Below are positions 21,075-32,244 of a stretch of DNA of 64,000 nucleotides, piece after piece. Positions within the stretch are counted from its first letter, which is position 1. Every line of letters begins with the position of its first letter. Origin of the DNA: Gammaproteobacteria bacterium. GTDB lineage: Bacteria; Pseudomonadota; Gammaproteobacteria; Ga0077536. The stretch spans positions 27,250 to 91,249 of the forward strand of contig JAURHQ010000001.1 of the NCBI GenBank assembly GCA_030833185.1, given 5' to 3'. Under the pieces are notes generated by a model. It did not search any database and had not been told where the DNA came from. It was given only the letters and a program-made list of their open reading frames with translations. The translations under genes and the position numbers were made by a program.

Positions 21075-22169
21075 ATGACTGCCCAGCGCCCCAACCTGCT
21101 CGACTTCGACGCCGAGTCGTTGGCCGGCTTCTTCACGGCGCATGGGCAGCCGGCCTATCGGGCCACCCAGCTCATCAAGTGGGTGCATCAGCAGGGCGTG
21201 CTCGATCTGGATTTGATGACCAATTTCGGGCGCGGGCTGCGGGAACTCCTGCGGGAAACCGGCGAGTTCCGTCTGCCTGAAATCATCAGCGCGCACGAGT
21301 CCAACGACGGCACGCTGAAATGGCTCTTGCGGGTGGACAACGGCAACGCCATCGAAACCGTGTTCATCCCGGAAATTGACCGCGGCACGCTGTGTGTCTC
21401 CTCGCAGGTCGGCTGTGCGCTGAACTGCAGTTTCTGCGCGACCGCGCGGCAGGGCTTCAGCCGCAACCTGTCGACCGGCGAAATCATCGGCCAGCTGTGG
21501 GTGGCGGCGCGCCATCTGGGCCAGCACCCCAAAACCCAGCGCCGCATCACCAACGTGGTGATGATGGGCATGGGCGAGCCGCTGCTGAATTTCGACGCCG
21601 TCATCCCCGCCATGCGGCTGATGATGGACGACAACAGCTATAACCTGGGCCGCAAGCGTGTGACGCTGAGCACGGCCGGCCATGTGCCGGGCATCGACCG
21701 CTTGCGCGAGGAATGCCCGGTCAGCCTCGCCGTGTCGCTGCATGCGCCGGATGACGCGCTACGCGACGAACTGGTCCCGCTCAACAAGACCTATCCCATC
21801 GCCGAGTTGCTGGACGCCTGCCGGCGCTATGTCTCCAACAACCCGCACGACCAGATCACCTTCGAGTACGTGATGCTGGACGGCATCAACGACAGCCCGG
21901 CGCACGCGCGCCAGCTGGCCCGCATCCTGCGCGGCATCCCGTCGAAGATGAACCTGATCCCGTTCAACCCGGTGGTGGGCGCGAACTATCGCCGCTCCAC
22001 CCCGGAGGCCATCAACGCCTTCCGCCGTGAACTGGCCAACGCCGGGCTGCTGACGATCACGCGGAAAACGCGTGGCGAAGACATTGACGCCGCCTGCGGT
22101 CAGTTGGTGGGTAAGGTGGCCGCACGGGCCGCCCGCCATCGACGGCCAACGGAGGCGCTCGATGCCTAG
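21075..22169 (+). CDS. rlmN: 23S rRNA / tRNA adenine C2 methyltransferase RlmN (radical SAM).
   Basis: CxxxCxxC motif ([10 protein letters not shown]); position ndk-rlmN is conserved. Confidence 0.9.
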   Translation: MTAQRPNLLDFDAESLAGFFTAHGQPAYRATQLIKWVHQQGVLDLDLMTNFGRGLRELLRETGEFRLPEIISAHESNDGTLKWLLRVDNGNAIETVFIPEIDRGTLCVSSQVGCALNCSFCATARQGFSRNLSTGEIIGQLWVAARHLGQHPKTQRRITNVVMMGMGEPLLNFDAVIPAMRLMMDDNSYNLGRKRVTLSTAGHVPGIDRLREECPVSLAVSLHAPDDALRDELVPLNKTYPIAELLDACRRYVSNNPHDQITFEYVMLDGINDSPAHARQLARILRGIPSKMNLIPFNPVVGANYRRSTPEAINAFRRELANAGLLTITRKTRGEDIDAACGQLVGKVAARAARHRRPTEALDA

Positions 22170-22935
22170 CCCCGGGCTGAGGCTAGGCACCGGCCTGTTC
22201 GCGCTCGGTCTGCTCGCTGCCTGCGCCAATCAGCCCGAGACCCAGCCGGGAGAGACGCGCGCCGAAGAACGCACCCGGGTGGCGGACCTCAACACCCAGC
22301 TGGGGCTGGAGTACATGCGCGACGGCAACAACGAAACCGCGCTGAAACGACTCGAAAAAGCCGTTGAGACCGACCCCAAGCACGCGCCCGCCTATACCGC
22401 GCTGGCCCTGCTCTACAGCCGGCTGGGCGAAGTCGGCAAGGCCGAAGCAAATTTTCAGACCGCGCTGCGGCTGGCCCCCAATAACGGCAATACGCTCAAC
22501 AACTACGGCATGTTCCTGTGCCAGCAGAAGCGCTATGCCGAGGGCGAAGCGGCCTTGCTGAAGGCGGTGAAGAACCCGCTGTACGCCGCGCCAGCGATCG
22601 CCTACACCAATGCCGGGCTGTGCGCCGAACAGGCCGGCAACCCGAAAGCCGCTGAAGACTATTTCCGGCAGGCGCTGGAAATAAACCCCAACATCGCGCC
22701 CGCGCTGTTTGGTATGGCCGAACTCAGCTTCAAGCGTGGGGATGCCGAAGGCGCTGCCCAGTACCTCAACCGGCACATCAAGAGCGCGGGTGCCAGCGCA
22801 CGCGCACTCGCGCTCGGTGTGCAGATCGAAAAGCAAACCGCCAACCATGACCGCCAGGCCAGCTACGAGATGATGTTGCGCAACCAGTTTCCGGACTCGC
22901 CCGAAACCGGCCAGCTCCAGCGGGGAGAGCTCTAG
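22162..22935 (+). CDS. pilF: Type IV pilus assembly TPR lipoprotein PilF / PilW.
   Basis: Lipobox LLAAC, then TPR repeats. The Pseudomonas rlmN-pilF-rodZ context matches. Confidence 0.75.
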   Translation: MPSPGLRLGTGLFALGLLAACANQPETQPGETRAEERTRVADLNTQLGLEYMRDGNNETALKRLEKAVETDPKHAPAYTALALLYSRLGEVGKAEANFQTALRLAPNNGNTLNNYGMFLCQQKRYAEGEAALLKAVKNPLYAAPAIAYTNAGLCAEQAGNPKAAEDYFRQALEINPNIAPALFGMAELSFKRGDAEGAAQYLNRHIKSAGASARALALGVQIEKQTANHDRQASYEMMLRNQFPDSPETGQLQRGEL

Positions 22936-22938
22936 CCC

Positions 22939-23919
22939 ATGGCAAGTTCAAGCGAGCACGAGCCCAGCGCCGCGCGGGTCGCCATCGGCCCCGGGGTGAT
23001 GCTGAAAAAAGCGCGCGAAGCCGCCGGCATGTCGCGCGAGGAATTGGCCCGACGTACCCGTCTGGAATTGAAGGTGCTCGACGCAATCGAGTCCGAGTCC
23101 TGGGAGCGTCTGGCCGGTCCCGCCTTCATCAAGGGCTACATTCGGGGAATTGCCCGCGAACTGGGCATGGACCCCGCCCTGCCGCTCGCCGAATACAACG
23201 CGCAGTTCCATACCGGTGAGCCGGTATTGAGCGACTTTGAATCCCGCGCGCCGCTGGAACTGACCAGCGCCAGCCGCTGGATCAAATCCACCAGCTACGC
23301 GCTGGCGGTGGTCGTAGTCGTCCTGATCGCACTGTGGTGGCAGCATAACTACGTGCAGTCGGCGCCACCGCCCGGCCCCGAGGGTCTTAATCAGGCCGGC
23401 GCACCTGCCGCCGACCCGGGGACGCCCTTGCCCTACGCCTGGACGGTGGTCGAACATGCCGGGCTGCCGCTGGAAGCACCGCAAAGCTGGCGCCGCCAGA
23501 CCGATGGCTCGGCGCCGCCACCGCTCAACCCGCCGCCTACGGAGAACGCGACGGCCGAATCCGAGCCTGCCGAGGCGAAGGCGCCTGAGACGCCGCCCGC
23601 GAAAACTACCGCCGTCGTGCCGCCGCCTGCCCCGGCGGAACCCGCCCCGGTCGCCGTCAATGAGCCCGCGCCCACCGGCGACCTGATCGTCAAGGCGAGC
23701 AAGGACTCCTGGGTGCGGGTCAGGGACGTCAAAGGCCGCGAACTCTTTTCCGGCGTGCTCAAAGCCGGTCGCAGCATCGGCCTCAACGGCCGCGCACCGC
23801 TCGATCTGGTGATCGGCAACGCGCCCTTTGTGGCGGTCAGCTTCCGCGGCGAAACCCAGAATCTGTCCAATCATTCAATCAATGGCGTGGCCCGACTGAC
23901 CGTTGGCGACGTGCGCTGA
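22939..23919 (+). CDS. rodZ: Cytoskeleton protein RodZ (HTH_XRE N-terminus, TM segment, Pro/Ala-rich linker, C-terminal DUF4115).
   Basis: N-terminal HTH ([21 protein letters not shown]), TM segment ([15 protein letters not shown]), Pro-rich linker and C-terminal DUF4115-like region. Confidence 0.75.
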   Translation: MASSSEHEPSAARVAIGPGVMLKKAREAAGMSREELARRTRLELKVLDAIESESWERLAGPAFIKGYIRGIARELGMDPALPLAEYNAQFHTGEPVLSDFESRAPLELTSASRWIKSTSYALAVVVVVLIALWWQHNYVQSAPPPGPEGLNQAGAPAADPGTPLPYAWTVVEHAGLPLEAPQSWRRQTDGSAPPPLNPPPTENATAESEPAEAKAPETPPAKTTAVVPPPAPAEPAPVAVNEPAPTGDLIVKASKDSWVRVRDVKGRELFSGVLKAGRSIGLNGRAPLDLVIGNAPFVAVSFRGETQNLSNHSINGVARLTVGDVR

Positions 23920-23942
23920 AGGGCACGCGCCCGGAGACTCAG

Positions 23943-25220
23943 GTGAAAGAACAGTTACGCGCCATCCGCGGCATGAACGACATCCTGCCCGGCGCCAGCG
24001 AGCGCTGGCAGCAGTTCGAGCAGACCGTCGCCCAGGTGCTGGCGGCTTACGGCTACCAGCAAATTCGCTTGCCCATTGTGGAGCAGACGGCGGTGTTCGA
24101 GCGCTCCATCGGCGACACCACCGACATCGTCCAGAAAGAGATGTACACCTTCGCCGACCGTAACGGCGACCGCCTGACGCTGCGTCCCGAGGGCACCGCC
24201 GGTTGCGTGCGTGCGGTGCTGGAACACGGACTATTGAACGTGCAGCCCCAGCTGCGGCTCTGGTACAACGGCCCGATGTTCCGGCATGAGCGGCCACAAA
24301 AGGGCCGCTACCGGCAGTTTCACCAGATTGGCGTTGAAACCTACGGCATGGCCGGCCCGGATATTGATGCGGAAATTCTGCTCCTGACCGCGCGCCTGTG
24401 GCAGGCGCTGGGCCTGTCGGGGCTGCGACTGGAGATCAATACCCTGGGCGTGGCGGCCGAGCGCGAGCATTACCGCGCGGCCCTCACCGCCTATTTCAGC
24501 GCCCACCGCGACGCGCTGGACGCCGACAGCCTGCTGCGACTGGAGCGCAATCCGCTGCGGATCCTCGATTCCAAGAACCCGGCGATGCAGGCGCTGGTCA
24601 GCAACGCGCCGCGGCTGGACGAGTTTCTTGAAGCCGAGTCGCGCGCGCACTTCGCAAGCGTCTGCGCCACACTGGATGCCGCCGGCATTGCCTATGTCGT
24701 TAACCCGACCCTGGTGCGCGGCCTCGACTACTACTCCCGGACCGTCTTTGAATGGATCACCACCGAACTCGGCGCGCAGGGCACGGTCTGCGCCGGTGGG
24801 CGCTACGACGCGCTGGTGGAATTGATGGGCGGCAAGCCGGTGCCCGCCATCGGCTTCGCGATGGGTATCGAACGGCTGGTGGAGTTACTGGCGGTACAGG
24901 CCGGCGAACGCAGCGAGGCGAGCGCCGAACTCTGCGTGGTCAGTGCCAGCGAGGCCGAGTCGCAGGCCGCCCTGCTGCTCGCCGAACGCTTGCGCGATGC
25001 GCATCCGGGCTGGCGCGTGGTGACGGTCTGCGGCGGCGGCAGCCTGAAGTCACAAATGAAGCGGGCCGACCGCACGGGCGCGGCGATTGCGCTGATTCTG
25101 GGCGAGGACGAAGTCGCGACCGCCACGGTCAGCGTCAAACCCATGCGCGGCCAGGGCGAGCAGCAGCGCATCGCGCTGAGCGAGCTGCCGACGAAACTCG
25201 CCGCCTTGCTCACGGCCTGA
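23943..25220 (+). CDS. hisS: Histidine--tRNA ligase.
   Basis: GTG start gives [17 protein letters not shown], matching E. coli MAKNIQAIRGMNDYLPG. Class II motifs are present. Confidence 0.9.
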   Translation: MKEQLRAIRGMNDILPGASERWQQFEQTVAQVLAAYGYQQIRLPIVEQTAVFERSIGDTTDIVQKEMYTFADRNGDRLTLRPEGTAGCVRAVLEHGLLNVQPQLRLWYNGPMFRHERPQKGRYRQFHQIGVETYGMAGPDIDAEILLLTARLWQALGLSGLRLEINTLGVAAEREHYRAALTAYFSAHRDALDADSLLRLERNPLRILDSKNPAMQALVSNAPRLDEFLEAESRAHFASVCATLDAAGIAYVVNPTLVRGLDYYSRTVFEWITTELGAQGTVCAGGRYDALVELMGGKPVPAIGFAMGIERLVELLAVQAGERSEASAELCVVSASEAESQAALLLAERLRDAHPGWRVVTVCGGGSLKSQMKRADRTGAAIALILGEDEVATATVSVKPMRGQGEQQRIALSELPTKLAALLTA

Positions 25221-25298
25221 CCGGGAATCCGGCGCGCTAAGGCTATAATCCCCGGCCCGGCGCGAATCCGGACCGAATCACCCAAAAGGATTACTGAC

Positions 25299-25940
25299 GT
25301 GGAAGGCTACTCCTCCGAAAGTGAACAAGTCGAAGTCATCCGCAAATGGTGGAAAGACAACGGCAAGTCCCTGCTGCTCGGGCTGGCGCTGGGCCTGTCG
25401 GGTCTCGCCGGCTATCGCTACTGGGATGACACCCGCAACCTGAAAGCGGAAAGCGCGTCGGTCAACTACGAACAATTTCTCGCCCTGACCGAGAAAAAAT
25501 CGGTGGACGACGCCCGCAAGGCCGGACAGACCATCCTCGATAACTACGCCGACACCACCTACGCGCGACTTACCGCGCTGCTGATGGCGAAAACCGAAAT
25601 CACCGACGGCAAGCCCGACGCCGCCAAACAGCGGCTGCAGTGGGTGCTGGATCATCCGGGCAAGGACCATCTTGAGGCGGTCGCGCGCTCGCGCCTTGCC
25701 CAGTTGGCGCTGGCCGAAGGCAAAGCGGACGACGCCTGGCGTTTATTGGAACAGGGCGGTCTGACCACCGGCGAGGATTACGCCGAACTGCAGGGCGATA
25801 TTCTGGCCGCGCGGGGCAAAACCGATGAGGCCGTCGCGCGCTATCTGAAGGCGCAGCAGCAGGCACTGGCCAGCGGTGGCAATCCGGCCGTGCTGGAACT
25901 GAAACTTGAACGCCTCGGACACACGGGCGACGGAGCTTGA
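25299..25940 (+). CDS. yfgM: YfgM family membrane-anchored TPR-like protein (UPF0070).
   Basis: GTG start MEGYSSESEQVEVIRKWWKDNGK aligns to E. coli YfgM MEIYENENDQVEAVKRFF, followed by a single TM segment. Confidence 0.8.
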   Translation: MEGYSSESEQVEVIRKWWKDNGKSLLLGLALGLSGLAGYRYWDDTRNLKAESASVNYEQFLALTEKKSVDDARKAGQTILDNYADTTYARLTALLMAKTEITDGKPDAAKQRLQWVLDHPGKDHLEAVARSRLAQLALAEGKADDAWRLLEQGGLTTGEDYAELQGDILAARGKTDEAVARYLKAQQQALASGGNPAVLELKLERLGHTGDGA

Positions 25941-27151
25941 TGATGACGCGCCCCGCCTTGCTGCTGCTGGCAGCCGCTCTCACCCTTGCCGGTTGTGCCG
26001 AACAACGCGCCTCGCTCAAAAACACCTTCGACGGCGTGCTTGACGAAAAGAACGAACAGGCGACGACAATCAAAAAAGCCGCCGAGCCACGCAAACTGAG
26101 CAAGGACTTCGAGTCCAAAATCGCGCTGAAAGAAGTCTGGTCTGGGCGGTTTGGCAAAGGCTACGAGAAGCTCTACCTGAAACTGCTGCCCGCGCCCGCC
26201 GAGGACCGCGTCTATGTCGCCGACCGCGACGGCCGCGTGCTGGCCGTGGACGCGGCAAACGGCAAGGTCGTATGGGAAGAGCGCGACAAGAAGCGGCCGA
26301 TTTCCGGCGGCCCCGGCGTGGGCGACGGCATGGTGTTCGTCGGCACGTCCGATGCCCAGGTCGTGGCCCGGGATGCCGCCACCGGCAAGAAAGTCTGGAT
26401 CGCAGAAGTCTCCAGCGAAGTGCTCTCCGCGCCGCGTGCGGCCAAGGGCACGGTCATCATCCGCACCGGGGATGGCAAGCTCTATGCGCTGAACAGCGCC
26501 ACCGGCGTCCAGAAATGGGTGCTTGACCGCACGGTCCCCACCCTCACCCTGCGCGGTACCGCGACGCCGGTCATCCATGAAGACATGGTGCTGGCAGGCT
26601 TCGACAACGGCCGCCTGTCGGCGCTGGACCTGCAGACGGGTCAGGAACTGTGGGAAGCACGCCTCGCCGAGCCTACGGGACGCACCGACCTCGAACGCCT
26701 GATCGATGTGGATGCCGAGCCCGTGATCCGCGAAAACACCGCCTATATCGACAGCTTTCAGGGTAAGGTCGCGGCGGTCTCGCTGGACGATGGCAGCCTC
26801 GAATGGACGCGCGACATCTCCTCCCATGAAAACGTGGCGGTCGACGACAAACACGTCTACGTCACCGACGACCGGGGCACCGTGTGGGCGCTGGCGCGTG
26901 GCGACGGGGCCACGGTGTGGCGGCAGAAAGCTTTTCGCAACCGCAAGGTCACCGGCCCGGCCCGCTACGACAACTACGTGGTAGTCGGCGATTTCGAAGG
27001 GTATATGCACTGGATGGATACCAACACGGGTGAAGTGGTGGGCCGCGAGCGGATCGACGACGAGCGCATCATCACCCCGCCGCTCGAGATTGGCGGGGCG
27101 CTGGCGGGCTATAGCTCGACCGGCGAACTTGCCGTCTGGCGCGTGCAGTAA
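25940..27151 (+). CDS. bamB: Outer membrane protein assembly factor BamB (PQQ-repeat beta-propeller lipoprotein).
   Basis: Lipobox LAGCA and repeated PQQ-like blades (YVADRDGRVLAVDAANGKVVW...). Conserved yfgM-bamB-der order. Confidence 0.9.
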   Translation: MMTRPALLLLAAALTLAGCAEQRASLKNTFDGVLDEKNEQATTIKKAAEPRKLSKDFESKIALKEVWSGRFGKGYEKLYLKLLPAPAEDRVYVADRDGRVLAVDAANGKVVWEERDKKRPISGGPGVGDGMVFVGTSDAQVVARDAATGKKVWIAEVSSEVLSAPRAAKGTVIIRTGDGKLYALNSATGVQKWVLDRTVPTLTLRGTATPVIHEDMVLAGFDNGRLSALDLQTGQELWEARLAEPTGRTDLERLIDVDAEPVIRENTAYIDSFQGKVAAVSLDDGSLEWTRDISSHENVAVDDKHVYVTDDRGTVWALARGDGATVWRQKAFRNRKVTGPARYDNYVVVGDFEGYMHWMDTNTGEVVGRERIDDERIITPPLEIGGALAGYSSTGELAVWRVQ

Positions 27152-27189
27152 GCCGCCAGGACGGCCCCGCCGTCGGCTTGCCACCCCAC

Positions 27190-28611
27190 ATGACCCAGGA
27201 ACTTCGCAATCAGGCCAAACCGGCGTTCGCCATTCTTGGCCGGCCGAACGTCGGCAAATCCACCCTGTTTAATCGCATTACCCGCACCCGTAACGCGCTC
27301 GTGGCCGATGTACCCGGCGTGACCCGCGACGTCCAACTGGGCGTGGGCCGCGTGGGCCGCGCCGGCTATCTGGTGGTCGACACCGGCGGAATCGCCAACG
27401 ATCAGGGCGAGTTGGGCGAGATGGTCAGCCGGCAGGCCATGCAGGCGCTGGAAGAATGCGCCGCCGGCGTCTTCGTGGTCGACGCCCGCGAAGGCCTGAA
27501 CGCCACCGATGAAGCGCTGGCCAGAAGCCTGCGACGGAGCGGCAAGCCGCTGTTTCTGGCCGTCAACAAGGCGGAAGGCAGCGACGCCAGCACGCTACGC
27601 GCGGAGTTTTCGCGTCTTGGTCTCGGCCAGCCCTGGCCGATTTCAGCGGCCCACGGGCTGGGGGTAGACGAGCTTGTCGCCGCCGTTACCGCCACCTGGC
27701 CGCGTCGCGAAGAAACCGAGGTCGAACACGACCCCGAGACCATCCGGGTGGCCATCGTTGGCCGTCCGAACGTCGGCAAGTCCACGCTGGTCAACCGCAT
27801 GCTGGGCGAGGAACGGATGATCACCTGCGACATGCCGGGCACCACCCACGACAGCGTGACCGTGCCGCTGACCCGGCACGGCCGCAATTACACGATCATC
27901 GACACCGCCGGGATCAGGCGCCGGGCGCGGGTGACGGACGTGGTGGAGAAGTTCAGCGCGGTCAAAACCCTGCAGGCCATCGACCTTGCGCAGGTCGTGG
28001 TGGTGGTGCTGGACGCGCGCGATTCCCTGACCGAGCAGGATTTGACGGTACTGGGCGCGGTGCTGGAAGTCGGCCGTTCGCTGGTGGTGGCGGTCAACAA
28101 ATGGGACGGCCTGCCGCCCGACCAGCGGGCCGAAATGTACCGCCAAATCGATCGGCGCCTCGAGTTTGTGGACTTCGCCGAAGTGCGGACCATCTCTGCG
28201 CTGCACGGCACCGGCGTGGGGGAACTCTTCGGCGCCATCGACGACGCCTGGCGCTCGGCGCGGATTGAAGTCCCGACCAGTCTGCTGACCGACCTGCTTT
28301 ATCGGGCGCTGGAAGCGCACACGCCGCCGCTGATCAACGGCCGGCGCATCAAGCTGCGCTATGCGCATATGGGCGGGCGCAATCCGCCCACCATCATCAT
28401 CCACGGTAACCAGACCGAATCAGTGCCCGGCAGCTACCGACGCTACCTGTCGAACTTCTACCGCAAGTCTCTGAAGCTGGTCGGCACCCCGGTGGTCATT
28501 GAGCTTCGCCAGGGCGAAAACCCCTTCGAGGGGCGGCGCAACGTGCTGACCGCGCGTCAGGTCAAAAAACGTCAGCGCCTGCGGGAACACATCCGGAAAC
28601 GGGGCGGCTAG
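27190..28611 (+). CDS. der: Ribosome-associated GTPase Der (EngA), tandem GTPase domains.
   Basis: Two G-domains (GRPNVGKSTLFNR and GRPNVGKSTLVNR) plus a KH-like C-terminus. Confidence 0.9.
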   Translation: MTQELRNQAKPAFAILGRPNVGKSTLFNRITRTRNALVADVPGVTRDVQLGVGRVGRAGYLVVDTGGIANDQGELGEMVSRQAMQALEECAAGVFVVDAREGLNATDEALARSLRRSGKPLFLAVNKAEGSDASTLRAEFSRLGLGQPWPISAAHGLGVDELVAAVTATWPRREETEVEHDPETIRVAIVGRPNVGKSTLVNRMLGEERMITCDMPGTTHDSVTVPLTRHGRNYTIIDTAGIRRRARVTDVVEKFSAVKTLQAIDLAQVVVVVLDARDSLTEQDLTVLGAVLEVGRSLVVAVNKWDGLPPDQRAEMYRQIDRRLEFVDFAEVRTISALHGTGVGELFGAIDDAWRSARIEVPTSLLTDLLYRALEAHTPPLINGRRIKLRYAHMGGRNPPTIIIHGNQTESVPGSYRRYLSNFYRKSLKLVGTPVVIELRQGENPFEGRRNVLTARQVKKRQRLREHIRKRGG

Positions 28612-29375
28612 GCCGCCCTCACGTCAAACCAGGGCACCACGCCCTCCTGCGGCGCTATCGTCGCCGGCACCGCCGGCAGCTGCGCCGCCAGACAGTCGGC
28701 CACCAGCCCCGGCCTATTGGTCTTCTCGCTTAGGTGCGCCGCGACCAGACATTGCAGCCGGGACGTATCCAGCCGCGCCAGCAGATCCAGCGACTGCACA
28801 TTGCTGAGATGACCGTAGGCGCTGCTGATCCGGCGCTTGAGCGAGGTGGGATACACGCTGCCTTCAAGCAGTGCGGGGTCGTGGTTGAACTCCAGCACCA
28901 GCGCATCACAGCCCGCATAGGCGGCCACCACATGCGGGGTGATGCTGCCCAAGTCGGTCAGCAGGCCAAGGCGGGCGCCTTCATGCGCAAAAACAAACTG
29001 CGCCGGCTCGCGGGCATCGTGCGGCACGGCGACCGGCAGGATATCGAGATCGCCAATCGCAAACCCGGTGTGGGGGGAGAACTCGACCTCACGCGCCGCA
29101 GCGCTGTGGCGCTCAAGCGCCGCCAGCCGGGTGCCGCGCGTCCAGTGAATGGTCAGGTCGTACTTGCGGGAGAGGGGGAGCACGCCGCCCAGATGATCGT
29201 CGTGTTCGTGGGTGACCAGAATGGCGTCGAGCGCGGCGAGGTCAAACTCGATTGCCGCCGCGCGAGCTTCCAGCGCCTTGACCGAGTATCCGCTGTCGAC
29301 CAGCACCGTGGTCTGGCCGGTCGACACCAGCAACGCGTTGCCCGCGCTGCCGCTGCCCAGAACCGCACAGCGCAC
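28608..29375 (-). CDS. MBL-fold metallo-hydrolase.
   Basis: Product starts MRCAVLGSGSAGN and has HEHDDH. It lies 8 bp downstream of bamC on the same strand and overlaps the der 3' end convergently. Confidence 0.7.
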   Translation of the reverse strand: MRCAVLGSGSAGNALLVSTGQTTVLVDSGYSVKALEARAAAIEFDLAALDAILVTHEHDDHLGGVLPLSRKYDLTIHWTRGTRLAALERHSAAAREVEFSPHTGFAIGDLDILPVAVPHDAREPAQFVFAHEGARLGLLTDLGSITPHVVAAYAGCDALVLEFNHDPALLEGSVYPTSLKRRISSAYGHLSNVQSLDLLARLDTSRLQCLVAAHLSEKTNRPGLVADCLAAQLPAVPATIAPQEGVVPWFDVRAA

Positions 29376-29383
29376 GGGGTTCC

Positions 29384-30499
29384 TCAGCCTTCGGCCCGCG
29401 CCTCCAGGCCGCGCTTCAGGTCATCCAGAATCTTCCGGGCAATGTCGCCGGTTTCCCAACGGCCTTCGCGGTCCAGCACCACCGCTTCGGTGTGGCTGCC
29501 AACTTCCGTCAGGTTGATTTGCAGGCGATGGTCCTCGTCGCCGCCCCAGAACTTCATCTTCGACAGCCAGCCGCGCTTTTTCACGCCGCCCTTCTCGGGC
29601 GAAACCCTGAGGTAGTAGGTGCCCTTGCTGCGATCGGATTCATCCACCGCATAGCCCGCGCGTTCCAGCGCCACGCCGGTGTCGCTCCAGCAGTCTTCAA
29701 GCCGACGGTTGATCGACAGGTAGATTTTCTCGCCGCCGGCGCTGACGATTGAGGCCAGTCCGGTGCCCGCCGCAGTCGCCGCAGCGCCCGCGCCATAGGC
29801 TTCGTCGGCCGTGAGTTGCGACGCCGCTGCCGGCTCGACGGTGCCGCCGGCGCTGGCAACGGGCGCGCGGGCGCCGACCAGGAAGGCCTGCAGGCGACTG
29901 ACGAGTTCGCGTTCCTGCGCCGGATCGCGGTCCTGCGACTGCCACACCATCTGGTCGCCCTTCTTGACCAGCCCCTCGACCCGCTGGGAGACGTACAGCA
30001 CGGTCGTACCGGTTTCCTGCCCGGGCTCGGCGAAAATCTTGAACTTCTGGCGGGTCAAGGCTTCCGCGTCTTCATCCCACACGGTTTCGATGACGCCCAG
30101 TTCTTCGTCATCGAGCTCGAGCTTGTAGTTGGCACCGCTCATGAACTTCTGCAGCTGCGGCCACACCTGCTTGGGTGCGCCTTCCACCGCCAGAATGTGC
30201 TCGCTATCCAGCACCTTGATGGCGTCATTGGCCGAGCGTTCCAGTTCGCGCTGCTGTTTGCGCTTGGCGACACGCTCCTGATAAGAGGAGTAGGTCGCAC
30301 TATCGCCGCCGTCCGGAATGGCCATCCGGTCCTTGATGGCATCGGTGGTCAGGTCGGGAGGGACTTCCAGATCGGGCATGCTCCGGCTCTTGCGATACTC
30401 GGTACGGGTATCGGGCAGAACCTTGTCGAGCTTGGGCATGATCTTGGAGCAACCTGCCAGCGCCACGAGAGCGGCCAGCAGCAGAAGTTTGTGCGTCAT
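29384..30499 (-). CDS. bamC: Outer membrane protein assembly factor BamC (NlpB) lipoprotein.
   Basis: ATG at 30499 gives MTHKLLLLAALVALAGCS (lipobox). It is downstream of dapA as in E. coli dapA-bamC. The long upstream extension in the ORF track is not supported. Confidence 0.8.
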   Translation of the reverse strand: MTHKLLLLAALVALAGCSKIMPKLDKVLPDTRTEYRKSRSMPDLEVPPDLTTDAIKDRMAIPDGGDSATYSSYQERVAKRKQQRELERSANDAIKVLDSEHILAVEGAPKQVWPQLQKFMSGANYKLELDDEELGVIETVWDEDAEALTRQKFKIFAEPGQETGTTVLYVSQRVEGLVKKGDQMVWQSQDRDPAQERELVSRLQAFLVGARAPVASAGGTVEPAAASQLTADEAYGAGAAATAAGTGLASIVSAGGEKIYLSINRRLEDCWSDTGVALERAGYAVDESDRSKGTYYLRVSPEKGGVKKRGWLSKMKFWGGDEDHRLQINLTEVGSHTEAVVLDREGRWETGDIARKILDDLKRGLEARAEG

Positions 30500-30591
30500 A
30501 AGCGGTTCGGACCTCACGGCGAAAGGCGTTCGGCGGGTAATTGCGTAACGGAGAGGACTGACTGTGCCGGCTCGGGTTCCCTGCACGGTCA

Positions 30592-31494
30592 TCAAATATG
30601 GATCTTGATCCCGGCCGCCTGCAGGGCAGCCCGGACCTTGGGCTCGGCAGCCGCCGACAGCCAGGTCAAAGGCAGGCGGATGCCCGCGTCGATCAGGCCC
30701 ATGGCGTGCACGCCCCATTTGACCGGGATGGGATTGGACTCGCAAAAGAGGTCGCGGTGCAGCGCCGCCAAGGGGACATCCAGCGCAGCGGCACGCGCGG
30801 CGTCGCCGGCGGCGGCCGCGGCACACATCTCATGCATGGCGCGCGGCGCCACATTGGCCGTGACCGAAATTACCCCGTGACCGCCGGCCAGGATGAACTC
30901 CCGTGCGGTGGCGTCATCGCCGCTCAACAGCACAAAGTTGTCCACGCAGTGTTCGCGCAGGGCGGCGACCCGGGCGACTTCGCCGGTCGCTTCCTTGACC
31001 CCGATGATATTGGGCACCCGCGACAGGCGGGCAATGGTCGCCGGCTGCATATCGCAGGCGGTGCGGCCGGGCACGTTATACAGAATCTGCGGAATGGCCA
31101 CCGCCTCGGCGACCGCCTTGAAGTGCAGAAACAGGCCTTCTTGCGTCGGCTTGTTGTAATAAGGCGTGACCAGCAGGCAGGCGTCGGCGCCCACTTCCTT
31201 CGCGTGGCGGGTGAGTTCGATGGCTTCGGTCGTGGAATTGGCGCCGGTGCCGGCGATGACCGGGACCCGACCGCGGACGATCTCGACGGTGCGCCGGATG
31301 GCTTCGCAATGCTCGGCCTCGTTCAGCGTGGCCGATTCCCCGGTGGTACCGACCGCGACAATGCCGTCGGTGCCTTCCGCGATGTGGAATTCGATCAGGT
31401 TCGCCAGTTGGTCCCAGGCCAGCGGGGCGTCGGCTGCAACTCCACCCCGCATCGGGGTGACGATCGCAACGATGCTGCCGTGAAATTCGCTCAT
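30592..31494 (-). CDS. dapA: 4-hydroxy-tetrahydrodipicolinate synthase.
   Basis: ATG 31494 gives [15 protein letters not shown]. DapA family motifs are present (GTTGES, catalytic-Lys region IIGVKEATG). Confidence 0.9.
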   Translation of the reverse strand: MSEFHGSIVAIVTPMRGGVAADAPLAWDQLANLIEFHIAEGTDGIVAVGTTGESATLNEAEHCEAIRRTVEIVRGRVPVIAGTGANSTTEAIELTRHAKEVGADACLLVTPYYNKPTQEGLFLHFKAVAEAVAIPQILYNVPGRTACDMQPATIARLSRVPNIIGVKEATGEVARVAALREHCVDNFVLLSGDDATAREFILAGGHGVISVTANVAPRAMHEMCAAAAAGDAARAAALDVPLAALHRDLFCESNPIPVKWGVHAMGLIDAGIRLPLTWLSAAAEPKVRAALQAAGIKIHI

Positions 31495-31665
31495 GCCGGA
31501 CCCTTCCAAAACGGTCGTGCATGGTAGCTTCACCCCTGCATCTACATCAAGCCAATGAGCCGGCTGGCAATTTAGGCCTTGATCGACGCAGCTTGCGGCG
31601 CCTTGCAGTGAACATGCACAATGCGGGCGTCCATGAGATCAAGTAGCCGGCCCTCCTCCGAACCC

Positions 31666-32193
31666 ATGCAGAACCACATCGCGGTCGCCGTGATGGGTGC
31701 TAATCGGCATGGGCTGCTGGAGGCCTTCGCCAAAGCCGTGAAGGACTGCGGTTGCAGCATCGGCGACAGCCGGATGACGGTCCTCGGCGACCGATTCACC
31801 CTGATGCTCATGCTCTCCGGCAGCTGGGACGCCATCGCCAAAATCGAAAGCATGTTGCCGCGGCTCGAGAACCAGCTGCAGGTCAAGGCGCTGGCCCAGC
31901 GCACCGAACCCCGCCGCCGTCAGGGCGACCTGATGCCCTACGCGATAGAAGTGGTGTCGGTCGACCATCCGGGCATCGTCCACGAAATCACCCAGTTCTT
32001 TGCCCAGCGCGACATTGGCGTGGAAGACATGTACTCCGGCAGCTATGCCGCCGCGCACACCGCAACCCCGATGTTCTCGCTGCACATGACCATCAGCGTG
32101 CCGACCAACCTCTCGATTGCGGGCCTACGCGGGGAATTCATGGACTTCTGCGACCATCTGAACCTTGACGCCATCATGGAGCCGGTCAAGTAA
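31666..32193 (+). CDS. gcvR: Glycine cleavage system transcriptional repressor GcvR (tandem ACT domains).
   Basis: ATG 31666 gives MQNHIAVAVMGANRHGLL. It is divergent from dapA as in E. coli. Confidence 0.8.
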   Translation: MQNHIAVAVMGANRHGLLEAFAKAVKDCGCSIGDSRMTVLGDRFTLMLMLSGSWDAIAKIESMLPRLENQLQVKALAQRTEPRRRQGDLMPYAIEVVSVDHPGIVHEITQFFAQRDIGVEDMYSGSYAAAHTATPMFSLHMTISVPTNLSIAGLRGEFMDFCDHLNLDAIMEPVK

Positions 32194-32244
32194 GCGTCCG
32201 ACATACCGTGCTCTCCTAAGTCCTGACCGCGCTGGAGCAAACCG

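Noticed and set aside
25221-25298. A repeated gaatccgg motif and ctataat in the hisS-yfgM spacer as a possible repeat element.
   Set aside because: Only two short copies are present. This is more likely a simple promoter region for yfgM.
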